A stretch of DNA of 62,940 nt, counting the filler, from Octopus bimaculoides (taxonomy: Eukaryota): NCBI RefSeq assembly GCF_001194135.2. It is 4 parts of 4 records of this genome, joined end to end, with 100 filler letters (N's around TTAATTAATTAA, not from the genome) between each part and the next. Parts side by side here need not be neighbours in the genome. Positions count along the whole stretch, not along the records: positions 1 to 28,063 come from NC_069003.1; positions 28,164 to 36,662 come from NC_068991.1; positions 36,763 to 59,987 come from NC_069001.1; 1 more part is not named here. One strand, written 5' to 3'. The position numbers were made by a program, and so were the translations under genes. Positions within the stretch are counted from its first letter, which is position 1. Each line of letters opens with the position of its first letter. Positions 26,914 through 38,762 of the stretch are shown one piece after another. The notes below the pieces were generated by a model. It did not search any database. It worked only from the letters and a program-made list of their open reading frames with translations, and was not told the DNA's origin.

Positions 26914-28063
26914 NNNNNNNNNNNNNNNNNNNNNNNNNNNNNNNNNNNNNNNNNNNNNNNNNNNNNNNNNNNNNNNNNNNNNNNNNNNNNNNNNNNNNNN
27001 NNNNNNNNNNNNNNNNNNNNNNNNNNNNNNNNNNNNNNNNNNNNNNNNNNNNNNNNNNNNNNNNNNNNNNNNNNNNNNNNNNNNNNNNNNNNNNNNNNNN
27101 NNNNNNNNNNNNNNNNNNNNNNNNNNNNNNNNNNNNNNNNNNNNNNNNNNNNNNNNNNNNNNNNNNNNNNNNNNNNNNNNNNNNNNNNNNNNNNNNNNNN
27201 NNNNNNNNNNNNNNNNNNNNNNNNNNNNNNNNNNNNNNNNNNNNNNNNNNNNNNNNNNNNNNNNNNNNNNNNNNNNNNNNNNNNNNNNNNNNNNNNNNNN
27301 NNNNNNNNNNNNNNNNNNNNNNNNNNNNNNNNNNNNNNNNNNNNNNNNNNNNNNNNNNNNNNNNNNNNNNNNNNNNNNNNNNNNNNNNNNNNNNNNNNNN
27401 NNNNNNNNNNNNNNNNNNNNNNNNNNNNNNNNNNNNNNNNNNNNNNNNNNNNNNNNNNNNNNNNNNNNNNNNNNNNNNNNNNNNNNNNNNNNNNNNNNNN
27501 NNNNNNNNNNNNNNNNNNNNNNNNNNNNNNNNNNNNNNNNNNTATATATATATATATATATGCATATGTATATGGGTGCCTTGTGTGGTAATGTAAATAT
27601 TCGTTAAGCAAGTGTTTATATGGATGGCTGTTTGACCTTTACTGCACATGTGTAGACATCTGTGAAAACAGGATCGTCAAGAATGCGTATCGGTCTCTAT
27701 TCCAGATTAAAGACAACTCAGGTAGACGATACTTAACTGTGGGTCTCAATGATCTTTTCACCTATGGACCCCCTGGGTTCCTGTTTTACTCTGTATATAT
27801 ATATATATATATATACATATATACATATATATATATCCTGCTATGTTTAGAAATTATGAGGGATTGTGTAAAAACGTTGTGAAATATTTCGTGTATTGTA
27901 GAAATATAAGCAATTTATTAAACGTAAATTTTATCAACAGCATCTTATATGGACCCCGGGTGAGAGTCTTTGATGCATCACATTAATATTTAACTCCGCA
28001 GATCCGATCATGAGTAAGAGAGAGTCAATGTGGTATAAATAAATAAATATATATATATATATA

Positions 28064-28163
28064 NNNNNNNNNNNNNNNNNNNNNNNNNNNNNNNNNNNNN
28101 NNNNNNNTTAATTAATTAANNNNNNNNNNNNNNNNNNNNNNNNNNNNNNNNNNNNNNNNNNNN
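28064..28163. other. Assembly linker: 44 N + TTAATTAATTAA + 44 N (also at 36663-36762 and 59988-60087)
   Basis: Three identical 100-bp constructs carrying stops in all six frames. Confidence 0.95.
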
Positions 28164-28921
28164 ATATATGGGGTGTGTGTATATATATATAAATACACAC
28201 ACACATGTGTGTGTAGATGTGCATATATGTATGCATACACGTATGTATTATGCATACATGTATGTATGCATTTATGTATACATGTATGTATGTATGTATG
28301 CATGGATGCGAGCATACATGCATGTATGTATGTATGCATTTATGTATACACGTATGTATGTATGTATGTATGTAGTTGAGTGTGTGTACATCTGTGCAAG
28401 CGCTCGCATGTGCGTTTGTGTGTTTTGAGTACGCGTATAGCCCGCTTCGTTTAACTGAATGCATGCATCTAATATTTCGAGAGCTCTGTTCTTCTGTTAA
28501 GTCGTTCCGTGCCACTAGCGATCCAGTAGTGCAAATAAAAGTGTTATTCGACCGACAATTTCTTCACTTAGCTACTTTCTGACCTGTGGTCAACCTGTAA
28601 TCACTTGTGTTTGCAGTTGGCTTTGCCTGATGGGAGGTGTTGGTTTTTGTTTATGAGGGGGAGGGGGGCCGGAAGAAAGGGGTGGGTACTGTTTTTGGCA
28701 AGGATATGAGGGAGGCTAATCTTTTAATACATTCTCTTTGATGTCAGCATTCTAATTATTTTCCTCTGGGTTTGGATCTTTTTCTTTTGTCTTTTCTTTT
28801 CTTTTCTCCCTCTCACTATCTGTACGCATTTATGCATGCACACCTCCTCTACATATAGACACACACAAGCACACACATACTAATACCCACGAAGGTGCTC
28901 AGACACAAACACACACACATA

Positions 28922-28960
<39 letters not shown>

Positions 28961-29816
28961 GCACGCACACACACATATATATGCCCGGGTGTTGAGGGAG
29001 TTTGTCTCCTTTATCAGTCATTAAAAGAAGTGCTTTCTAGTGGCTATTAGTTGTTTTGACTCTTGTTTCTAGCAATGCTGGTGCTAACTAGTGCCCCTAG
29101 TCACTTTCGTGACGTATATATTTCTTCCTTTCGGTTGAAAAATTGCGAATAAGCCNNNNNNNNNNNNNNNNNNNNNNNNNNNNNNNNNNNNNNNNNNNNN
29201 NNNNNNNNNNNNNNNNNNNNNNNNNNNNNNNNNNNNNNNNNNNNNNNNNNNNNNNNNNNNNNNNNNNNNNNNNNNNNNNNNNNNNNNNNNNNNNNNNNNN
29301 NNNNNNNNNNNNNNNNNNNNNNNNNNNNNNNNNNNNNNNNNNNNNNNNNNNNNNNNNNNNNNNNNNNNNNNNNNNNNNNNNNNNNNNNNNNNNNNNNNNN
29401 NNNNNNNNNNNNNNNNNNNNNNNNNNNNNNNNNNNNNNNNNNNNNNNNNNNNNNNNNNNNNNNNNNNNNNNNNNNNNNNNNNNNNNNNNNNNNNNNNNNN
29501 NNNNNNNNNNNNNNNNNNNNNNNNNNNNNNNNNNNNNNNNNNNNNNNNNNNNNNNNNNNNNNNNNNNNNNNNNNNNNNNNNNNNNNNNNNNNNNNNNNNN
29601 NNNNNNNNNNNNNNNNNNNNNNNNNNNNNNNNNNNNNNNNNNNNNNNNNNNNNNNNNNNNNNNNNNNNNNNNNNNNNNNNNNNNNNNNNNNNNNNNNNNN
29701 NNNTATATATGTATGTATGTATGTATGTATATCCAAACAAGGAAGAACAAACGTGAAAAAATAACAACGCGAGGACATGGAACAAGTAATGAATTATCAG
29801 ACGCTTAGGAGAGAGG

Positions 29817-29851
29817 ATTTAACGTTTCGAGCAAAGCTCTTCTTCAGAAAT
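29817..29851 (-). ncRNA. Minimal type I hammerhead-ribozyme-like motif within a repeat of about 160 bp (29745-29905)
   Basis: Minus strand: attt CTGAAGA A GAGC ttt GCTC GAAA CGT T aaat. Core, stem II, palindromic ACGT stem III and 4-bp stem I are all present. Confidence 0.65.
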
Positions 29852-29902
29852 AAAGGATAGTCCAAAAGAAAGGAAGACGGAGGAAGAAAATCACCAACGT
29901 TT

Positions 29903-29934
<32 letters not shown>

Positions 29935-30263
29935 TATATGGATGTAGTAGGTATTACTCATATCGCCTGTCATGCCTACAAGTGATGTGAGTTTGTGTCC
30001 ACGGGCTACCTCTGACTTTTCTATCCAAAAGCGTTTATCGACCCAATATTTACATGATGATATTTATAGCATTGTGTGTGCCTCAGGATCTGCTATTCCA
30101 CCTTGTGTCGAAATTTTATAAATTTCTTACGGCGCCAAAAATGTGTGTGTGTGTGTGACTGTATGTGTGCGCGAGTGTGTATGTGTACGTGTATGTGTAT
30201 ATATGTATGTATGTATATATATATATCTTTACGTATATATATATATATATATACATACATACA

Positions 30264-30337
<74 letters not shown>

Positions 30338-31559
30338 NNNNNNNNNNNNNNNNNNNNNNNNNNNNNNNNNNNNNNNNNNNNNNNNNNNNNNNNNNNNNNN
30401 NNNNNNNNNNNNNNNNNNNNNNNNNNNNNNNNNNNNNNNNNNNNNNNNNNNNNNNNNNNNNNNNNNNNNNNNNNNNNNNNNNNNNNNNNNNNNNNNNNNN
30501 NNNNNNNNNNNNNNNNNNNNNNNNNNNNNNNNNNNNNNNNNNNNNNNNNNNNNNNNNNNNNNNNNNNNNNNNNNNNNNNNNNNNNNNNNNNNNNNNNNNN
30601 NNNNNNNNNNNNNNNNNNNNNNNNNNNNNNNNNNNNNNNNNNNNNNNNNNNNNNNNNNNNNNNNNNNNNNNNNNNNNNNNNNNNNNNNNNNNNNNNNNNN
30701 NNNNNNNNNNNNNNNNNNNNNNNNNNNNNNNNNNNNNNNNNNNNNNNNNNNNNNNNNNNNNNNNNNNNNNNNNNNNNNNNNNNNNNNNNNNNATCTTTTT
30801 GATTAATTATGTGTGTGTGTGTGTGTATATACATACATAGATGCATGCATACATACATACATACATACATACATACGTACGTACGTACGTACGTACATAC
30901 ATACATACATACATACATACATACATACATACATACGCCAGACGACCCAGAAATGCGGCTAAGATAGATGGCGCAGATATATAACAGGAACCTCCATCGC
31001 CACTAATATAACACAATTGTTACCAGTAATATTGGGCAAGCTGCATGTTGCTGTATCCATAGCTTGCCGTAAACTCCAAGCTGTATCTCTCTTCCAGTAT
31101 GTAATTATTGTTCTTGTCATCCGTAAGAGGCGAACGCAATTTGTCTTTATGTGAGATGATAAAAATCTTCTGTTAAATGTTCCCGGGTGTTGTTCAGTTA
31201 TTTCTATACGCAGCCCACGAAATATATTTTCATTGATAAACCCCTACCAGACATCACCAGAGACGAGTCCGAACAACCTTCAGACCGCGACAAGTTTATT
31301 AACGTTAATGTATGTTTGTGCTATTTTGTTCTGCAACACTGCAGTCAAAAACGGAAGTCAACTGCACAATCTACAAATGAACAGAACGCATGCGTATATA
31401 CACATACGTTTCACATACATGTATATACGTGTGCATATGTCTGTTTATGCGTGTCTGCCAAAGCTGTAATTATAAACGAGCATGAAAATAAATAGATGAA
31501 ATATACTTCCGGTCGGATAAAAAGACAACTGAATATCACAAAAAACACGAGACCAAACA

Positions 31560-31590
<31 letters not shown>

Positions 31591-31673
31591 ATATATATAT
31601 ACATTCATATGCATGCGCGCGTGTGTGTATACATATACACGAACATATATACATACATAGATAAATTAATAAT

Positions 31674-31725
<52 letters not shown>

Positions 31726-31781
31726 TAATAATAAAAATAATAATGATAGGCAAAAAGAAAAAGACAGAAAAAAAGAAGACA

Positions 31782-31838
<57 letters not shown>

Positions 31839-33056
31839 AAAGGAAAAAGAATATTTTATCAAACAGTTTTGTATAAATTTGATGATATTCTCCTGTCATT
31901 TTATTCATTTATACAAACTGTTTTATTAAATATTCTCCTTTTTCCTTTTCTTTCTACTTTCCTCTTTCTTTTTTTGTCTTTTTCCTGTCTTCTTTTTTCT
32001 GTCTTTTTCTTTTCGCCTGTTATAAAATTGAAACTTAAAGACTGATGATGTCGTTCCATCAACGTGTGGACGCTGGTTGCTCTCGTTGATATTTTAGATT
32101 TGAATTTCTATAATTTTGAATTTTTATCACTTCTTAATAATAACACTGTTCTGCATTTGGGAATTTTTCTTTATCTTTATTCAAGGATGTGATGTTACAT
32201 ATTCTTGGGGTGCTGATTTTAAATATCTAAACCATTTTGCTCCGTCACTTAAGGATGTTGAATAAAATACAAATTAATAATAATAATGATAATAAAAGGT
32301 AATAATAGCGATAATAAGTGTGATAATAATAGGATCAGTGAGGTACTGATCCTATTATTAGGAACGAACCAGTGGACTTCTTTGCCGCCTCACCGATAAC
32401 CAGCGAGGCAGTTACGGAATATGTGTGTGTGTGTGTCCCCGTCTGTTTGTATTTCTGTCTGTCTGTGTCTGTGACACCATCACGTTACTGTATCTCTTTT
32501 TGCAGTGCAAGTGTAAATCACCGTTGATTGCTGATGGTCGAAACATATTGGATGTATAGAGTGCGAAGCTTTCATTGTGGCTATAAGGAGTGTCACATAA
32601 CACTTCCATATTTCCAGGTGCACAGAATATTTAGTATAGGTAAGAACACTTGTGGTTCTCTGGCTCGCTCAACGGACGTGTACCTTGTTGTACCATATAT
32701 CTGACGTAATTGTCTTTATTGATTACTAATGGAAAAATATGATAATTCTAGGCATTTTCGATAGTCTTCTTTCGTATCTCTCTCTCTGTTCCTTCTTTTA
32801 TCTATTTGTTAATTTAACTTTGGCAGTTACTATGCCAAACTACGGCATTTACACACACACGTACATATTTGTATGTATAATCGCGTATGCATGTGGTATT
32901 TACCATAACTACCTCTAATATATATATATATAATTAATTTAAAAAAACCGAGAAAAAGACATCAACAACAAAAAACAACAACGTGAGGAAGTAGCACATG
33001 TAAAGTAAGTATATGTAGTGTAAGTGTGCGTTCATGTGATATAAAGTTCTATACGA

Positions 33057-33441
33057 TATCATTTGTTCTTACGTATGTTTCACTGTTGTGGTTGTTTGGA
33101 AATCTGTTTTGGATCATATAAGTGTTATTGGATGCTTAACCACCACAGATTATCAAGGAACACTTCCTTCCACTCTCTTTCTCTTTATTCTCTACTTTGT
33201 CAGCCCCTTTCTCTTGTTTCATCGTCCCTCTTTATCTATCTCTGTCCTTAACTTTCTTTCAGCTTCTCTATTAAAATACTTATAAAATGTCTCACTATGT
33301 ATCCAGTTATAGACATTACTTCTTTGTAACATAATGTAATAAAGTATGACCTGATGATCTGTTATGGTTAAGCGTCCAGTTACTCTTGTAATATCCAATG
33401 CAGACTTCTAATAGGTGAAACATACGTAAGAACAAGTGATA
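33057..33441. mobile_element. Imperfect foldback (arms about 100 bp) whose arms are decayed hammerhead-like motifs
   Basis: 33057-33162 is the reverse complement homologue of 33345-33441. Right arm: CTGATGA(33351)..GAAAC ATAC GTA AGAAC. Confidence 0.55.
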
Positions 33442-34908
33442 CAAACTTGTGTTTAACGTAATTTTTCCTACATTTGCTCTGTATATCATAACCAGTAACA
33501 CTATTAAGTGTAGTAGTTATTTAACCACTATACTGAAAGCAGACTGGATGATGATAATCTACATAGAGCTCTAAACATAACTTAGTCAAACCTCTATTTG
33601 TACACACAAGTTACACTATAAGCGTGTTTAAATATGTGTACATGTAAGTATGCATGTATGAATGTATCCATGTATATAGTCATCTTCTTGAAACTGAAAC
33701 TCGAACAGAGAGACAAATCTTAATATCAGGTTCAATCAAAAAATCCATATCTTCTAAATCATACATCGAGCACTCCCCTCTCATTCATCCTTCATAAAGA
33801 GACATACATATATGTATGCATGTATGTACATTTATATATGTGTGTGTGTATGTATGTATGTATGTATGTACGTATGTATCTATATATATATATGTATATA
33901 TGTAGAGAGACAGACAGACAGATAGATAGCTAGATATAAATATAGATATAGATGTAGATATATATACATACACATATATACAGCTTACAGAAATGAATAT
34001 ACATGTATGAATGTATGCATGTCCGCATAAATGCAAGCACACATACAAACACAGACACAAACATCCGCACGCACACTTACATTCACATACACACAGTAAT
34101 ATCTGTAAATATTAACATGTATTCTTTCATTCATTCAACCACTGGTGAATACATTCACGCAAAATGATATATGAAGAAATAAAATCCCAAACAGACACAG
34201 GAATAATCAAATAATCGGTAAGCAAAAGTAGTATACCGATAAATGTGGACACAATGTGTTTTCCTGGAGACAGCAGGAGTACAGGAAAGATCAGAACCCA
34301 GTGTAATTTCAGTGGGTAAATCTTGTGCACCAGTACCCTTAAACGTGTATTTCGGGTAGCCAATGTTTGTGCACTCATACGCTTAAATACAATATACATG
34401 AAATAGTCAACATTATTCCTAGTGCACTTGCGTTCTTGAACACTCTGTACTCCCTGTAGGCAAAGCTCGGGCATTGATATGCTTACAAACAAAGACGTTT
34501 TGTCTTTGATTCAAATGCGTGATTAAATATGACATGACGGTAGATATGGAAGCAAAAATATTAATAATCATCGTGAAATAATAAAATTTATGGTTGAGAG
34601 AGGAGAGAGGTGGGAGAGAGGTAGAAGAAAGGGTATGCATTTGTTAGGGAGTTGGGCTGAAGGATTTCGTAGAGGAACGGGCGGGACGGAATGTAGGATC
34701 TTTAGAGCGGAAAGACTATGTGGAATCGAATAACGAATAGGCGGAGAGGGAGGGAAAGTTGGTGAAGTATGTGAAAAAGAAAAATATAGAATGAAATAAA
34801 GAGAGAAACAAATAAAGAATGAAAGAATGAAGGAAGGAAAGGCATGGAATTAAGTTGAGAAAAAGAGAATAGCAAACAAAAAGGCGGGAGAGTGTTTGTA
34901 CTAGACTA

Positions 34909-34968
34909 TGTACAGGGCAGCTTTAAAGGTGTATTTTTCTTGTGTTTGTGGTGGGAGGTTCATGTCTA

Positions 34969-35018
<50 letters not shown>

Positions 35019-35217
35019 TCTCTGTCTCTATGTATATATATATACATGTGTGTGTATGAATATATGTATGTGTGTATGAATGTATATATATATATATATA
35101 TAAATATTTACATATATGTGTGTGTGTGTGTGGATGTATATATATATATATTTACATATATATGTGTGTGTGTATATACACATGCATATATGTGTATGTG
35201 CGCACTCTCCCCACATA

Positions 35218-35270
<53 letters not shown>

Positions 35271-35273
35271 ATG

Positions 35274-35360
<87 letters not shown>

Positions 35361-35447
35361 GGGGAGAGAGATGAAGAAAGAGAGAAAAATAGACACGAGC
35401 TTCCCACCATACACAAGAAAACCATACTTTTAAAGCTGCCCTGTGCA
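34909..35447. mobile_element. Foldback or MITE-like element with about 60-bp inverted ends and mirror-image microsatellites
   Basis: ACAGGGCAGCTTTAAA..TTTTCTTGTGT..TGGTGGGA..TGTCTATT and its reverse complement at 35385-35447; (CT)n inside the left arm, (AG)n inside the right arm. Confidence 0.7.
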
Positions 35448-36622
35448 AAAATGAACAGAAAAAAAAAGAGAAAGCAAACAAAACATTGTCTACTACAAAC
35501 TGAAAGTCCTCTCGTAGTATCAAAACCCTGAATTTCTTTGAATCGTTCCTCCTGAATCTGGAACCAATTTTTTTTCTTATGCCCTGCAACCTTTCTTCAG
35601 AATAAGCTTCAAAAAGAACTTACTTTTCTCTGACAAGACCAAGAATTTATACAAATGAACAATAGATTATACGCGCAAAGGTTATGTATCATACACTGAT
35701 GATAATATAAACACTGAAGGCGAAGATTTAGCTATGAAGTAAGATAACAGAATAGACGTGTGTGTTTGTTTGTGTGTGTATGCGTGTGTGTGTATTTGCA
35801 TTTATACATGTGTGCATGTGTGTATACACAGATGCATATATAGATTCTGTGTAAAATAGTAATAGTGATAGACTTTATGTACAAGTCTTTGAGAGCCATC
35901 ATTCAACGATTTACTCATTGCTGACGTTCATAGATTGCTGATTAACTGTCAATTATTCATTGCTTTGGAAGAGAGTTCATTATTATATACTAACTGTTGT
36001 GGTGGTTGTTATTGTTATGGCTGTTAATAATCTCGTCAAATTTTGCACAGATTGACTGAAGCACACAAGGTAAAGCTTTTATGAGCATCCCAAGGTAGCG
36101 GGGATAAAAAATGAAACTCAACTCTGGTCAGTTCCTGTCCAGCTCTCAAAACACTCAGTCGAATAAGCATTGTGGTATGTAGAATATGCACCGTAAAATT
36201 CAAAATATAGTTTTAGCAAAGAAGACCCATAGAGTGCTCTGGGTACCAATTGTATTTTATCTGAAACAAAAAAATGTGAGTCACGATGTGTAGTTGATAT
36301 GTTTATTTTCCTCCCGAGCAGTGAATCCCCAGCAAGATTTTGTATTTAGTTTGCGGTTTTTTAAATCACATTTACAAAATTACAATAAATATTTGCTTTT
36401 AAAATTACTTGTACATAATTTATTTGTTTGTGTATCTCATATTTACACTTCGACTTTTAATTTTGTGTTGTGTTTAATCTTCTAATTTCATTTTCAGTAT
36501 CCGTTTAAATCCACATTTTTGCTATCTTTCATTTCCTTAAAATTTCTATGCACTTGCTTCATTAAAATTATTTTGAAAAACAAAGTTTATACATATATGA
36601 ATATATTTGTGCGTGCATACGC

Positions 36623-36662
<40 letters not shown>

Positions 36663-37418
36663 NNNNNNNNNNNNNNNNNNNNNNNNNNNNNNNNNNNNNN
36701 NNNNNNTTAATTAATTAANNNNNNNNNNNNNNNNNNNNNNNNNNNNNNNNNNNNNNNNNNNNTATAATTTCAACATAATTTTCAGACGAAAAGGCGTGTG
36801 ATTTAAGGGAGATTAAGCTGTTGTTTCTAGCACATCCCACAACCATTTGGCACCGTCCTCGTTTCCTTGTCACTGACATGTCTTGATGTTTTCCAATATT
36901 TTTCTCCCCGTAAACACGTTTTATGAAATGATGCGATGGTCGACTGCTAAGTTACGGGGACGTAAACACACCAGCATCGTTTGTCAAGCTATGTTGGGAG
37001 GACATAAAAACAGGCATAAAAACAAACAATATGCAATACATAGAAGTCAAGTCCCCTTGTGAAAAAGCATTGGTATAATATCCTAAGCAGGGTGCCACAT
37101 AAAAAAAACATTGGTGTGGGTGCTGGCGCCAAGTATAAAGCACTGGCACTGTTAAAAATACCCAGTACGTTCTCTTAAGTGATTGGTATTAGGAAGGGCA
37201 TCCAACTATAGAAATAAAGCTAAAACAGACTAGGGATACTGGTATGGCTCTTTTCTTTGCCATTCCTATCAAGCCATCCAACCCATACCAGCATGGAAAA
37301 CAGAAGTTAAATGTTGATGATCTTTTTTTTTTTTTTTTTTTACAAGTGTTTGGTTAAATTATGAAAAAAAAAGAATTTAAATGAATCAGTGATCAATAGA
37401 GTATGAGAAAGGTAAGTG

Positions 37419-37510
37419 TCATTCCAAGACTCCAAGTTGTCCTGAGCATTGTGGATGGTCACAGTGGTATGCTTTTGTGGTAGAAGCAGAATTTTCAATC
37501 ATTTGCCAAC
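37419..37510 (-). CDS. Candidate terminal coding exon of an unidentified gene (WQMIENSASTTKAYHCDHPQCSGQLGVLE*)
   Basis: Acceptor ATAATACAG|GT, 29 open codons then TGA, at the edge of the CpG-depleted block. No homologue recognised. Confidence 0.35.
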
Positions 37511-37984
37511 CTGTATTATCACAGATCAATTCATAGTAAGCGTAACAAACGGTTCACAATTGAATGTATCGAGTTATACAGGACCAGTGATAAACACAGA
37601 TGTATTTAATATATTAATTTTACTTTGCACTGAGCCCACACGTTTCCTTATTATCCATGTTCACTATCATAATCACACCCCTTCCCTCAACCAAATATAT
37701 CCAACCACCAGAAAATTAGGTACATTTGTTTTTATTTAGTCAAGTTTGCTTGATTGATTGATTCGTACAGAAACTACGAAAGTTACAAAGATCAAAGATG
37801 TTTTGGGGATTTTTTTTTTTATCAATAATTAACAAACAATAGAAATCAATCCTATTAATTTCTCAAAACTGGTCGGTTTTTTTCTTTTGTAGTTTTTTTT
37901 TTTTTTTCAGGAGGTCATTAAGATATAGGGTGACTGAGCGAATGAGTTACAGGTTATAGGAAAAATAAAATACAAAAGAAACAT

Positions 37985-38410
37985 GGGTTAAATGCAAAAT
38001 GAAGCCAGTTGCCCAAAGTCTGAGCATAAAAAAGTGCCAATCACTTATAGTGGAGGGAAGTTGTGGAAGAGAGAAATCCAGGAAAACATGGGACGAAGTA
38101 CTGAAAGCCAATCTCAAAATGCTGAGCCTCATGAAGGAGATGACAGAGGACCACGATATGTGGTGCATTGCTATACTTGATAAGACCCACCCACCACAAC
38201 AGAATTGAGATCCTAAAACCAAGGTGCCACATAAAAAGCATTGGTGTGGGTGCTGGTACCACATAAAAAGCATTGGTGTGGGTGCTGGTACCACATAAAA
38301 AGCATTGGTGTGGGTGCTGGTACCACATAAAAAGCATTGGTGTGGGTGCTGGTGCCACATAAAAAGCACCTGGTACATTGTGGAGTGGTTGGCATTAGGA
38401 AAGGCATTAT
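37985..38410 (+). mobile_element. RTE-clade LINE 3' end (ORF C-terminus and UTR)
   Basis: KKCQSLIVEGSCGREKSRKTWDEVLKANLKMLSLMKEMTEDHDMWCIAILDKT resembles the RTE GRPRKTW C-terminus; UTR matches 52030-52350. Confidence 0.85.
38223..38370 (+). repeat. 32-bp tandem repeat GGT(A/G)CCACATAAAAAGCATTGGTGTGGGTGCT, about 4.6 copies, inside the RTE UTR
   Basis: Units start at 38223, 38255, 38287, 38319 and 38351; a single copy is present at about 37091. Confidence 0.95.
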
Positions 38411-38762
38411 TTACATTTGACAGATATCTGTCCTCATCTTGTTTGCTGTTAACATTTCGGCTGATATACCCTCCAGCCTTCATCAGATGTCTTGGGGAAA
38501 TTTCAAACCTGGGTTCTCATTTCTAAGGTATTTTTCGATTTATTATTATTCAGTTCAATGCCTGGAATTGAACTCAGAATCTTGGGGTTAGTAGCCCACA
38601 CTCTTAACCACTCTGCCATATGCCCGCGGGCTTATGGTGTAGTGGAATGAGAACCCAGGTTCAAAATTTTCTCAAGACACCTGATGAAGGCTGGAGGGTA
38701 TATCAGCCGAAATGTTGTGTTAACAACAAACAAGATGAGTACAGACATCTGTCAAATGCAAA
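38411..38762. mobile_element. Head-to-head inverted pair of a tRNA-headed element with a hammerhead-like tail
   Basis: Arms 38411-38521 and 38646-38762 are reverse complements. Central palindrome CCACTCTGCCATATGCCC-GC-GGGCTTATGGTGTAGTGG. Minus-strand A box TGGCAGAGTGG and B box GAGTTCAATTCC (38564-38575). Confidence 0.8.
38676..38721 (+). ncRNA. Minimal type I hammerhead-ribozyme-like motif
   Basis: gacac CTGATGA A GGCTG gagggtatat CAGCC GAAA TGT T gtgtt. Stem I gacac/gtgtt and stem II GGCTG/CAGCC are intact; stem III reads ATGT (ACGT after CpG decay is inferred). Confidence 0.65.

Noticed and set aside
28108-28119. TTAATTAATTAA islands inside N runs (also 36707-36718 and 60032-60043)
   Set aside because: Identical 44N+12+44N constructs with six-frame stops are scaffolding linkers, not biology.
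28470-28515. ARNDLTEEQ as a calmodulin or centrin N-terminus
   Set aside because: No EF-hand follows; the frame runs into microsatellite.
37347-37411. Plus-strand exon (T-run acceptor, AAG|GTAAGT donor)
   Set aside because: Stops in all three frames; the T run is adjacent to a retroelement tail.
37992-38208. ORFs here and at 44241-44540, 48967-49368 and 51678-52193 as host genes
   Set aside because: Sense or antisense readings of RTE LINE fragments.
38223-38370. 32-bp repeats as a CRISPR array
   Set aside because: Units are contiguous with no unique spacers, they lie in a LINE UTR, and the genome is eukaryotic.
38560-38625. Functional tRNA gene on the minus strand
   Set aside because: A and B boxes and an anticodon-like arm exist, but the acceptor stem does not pair and the sequence continues into a repeat body, so it is a SINE head.
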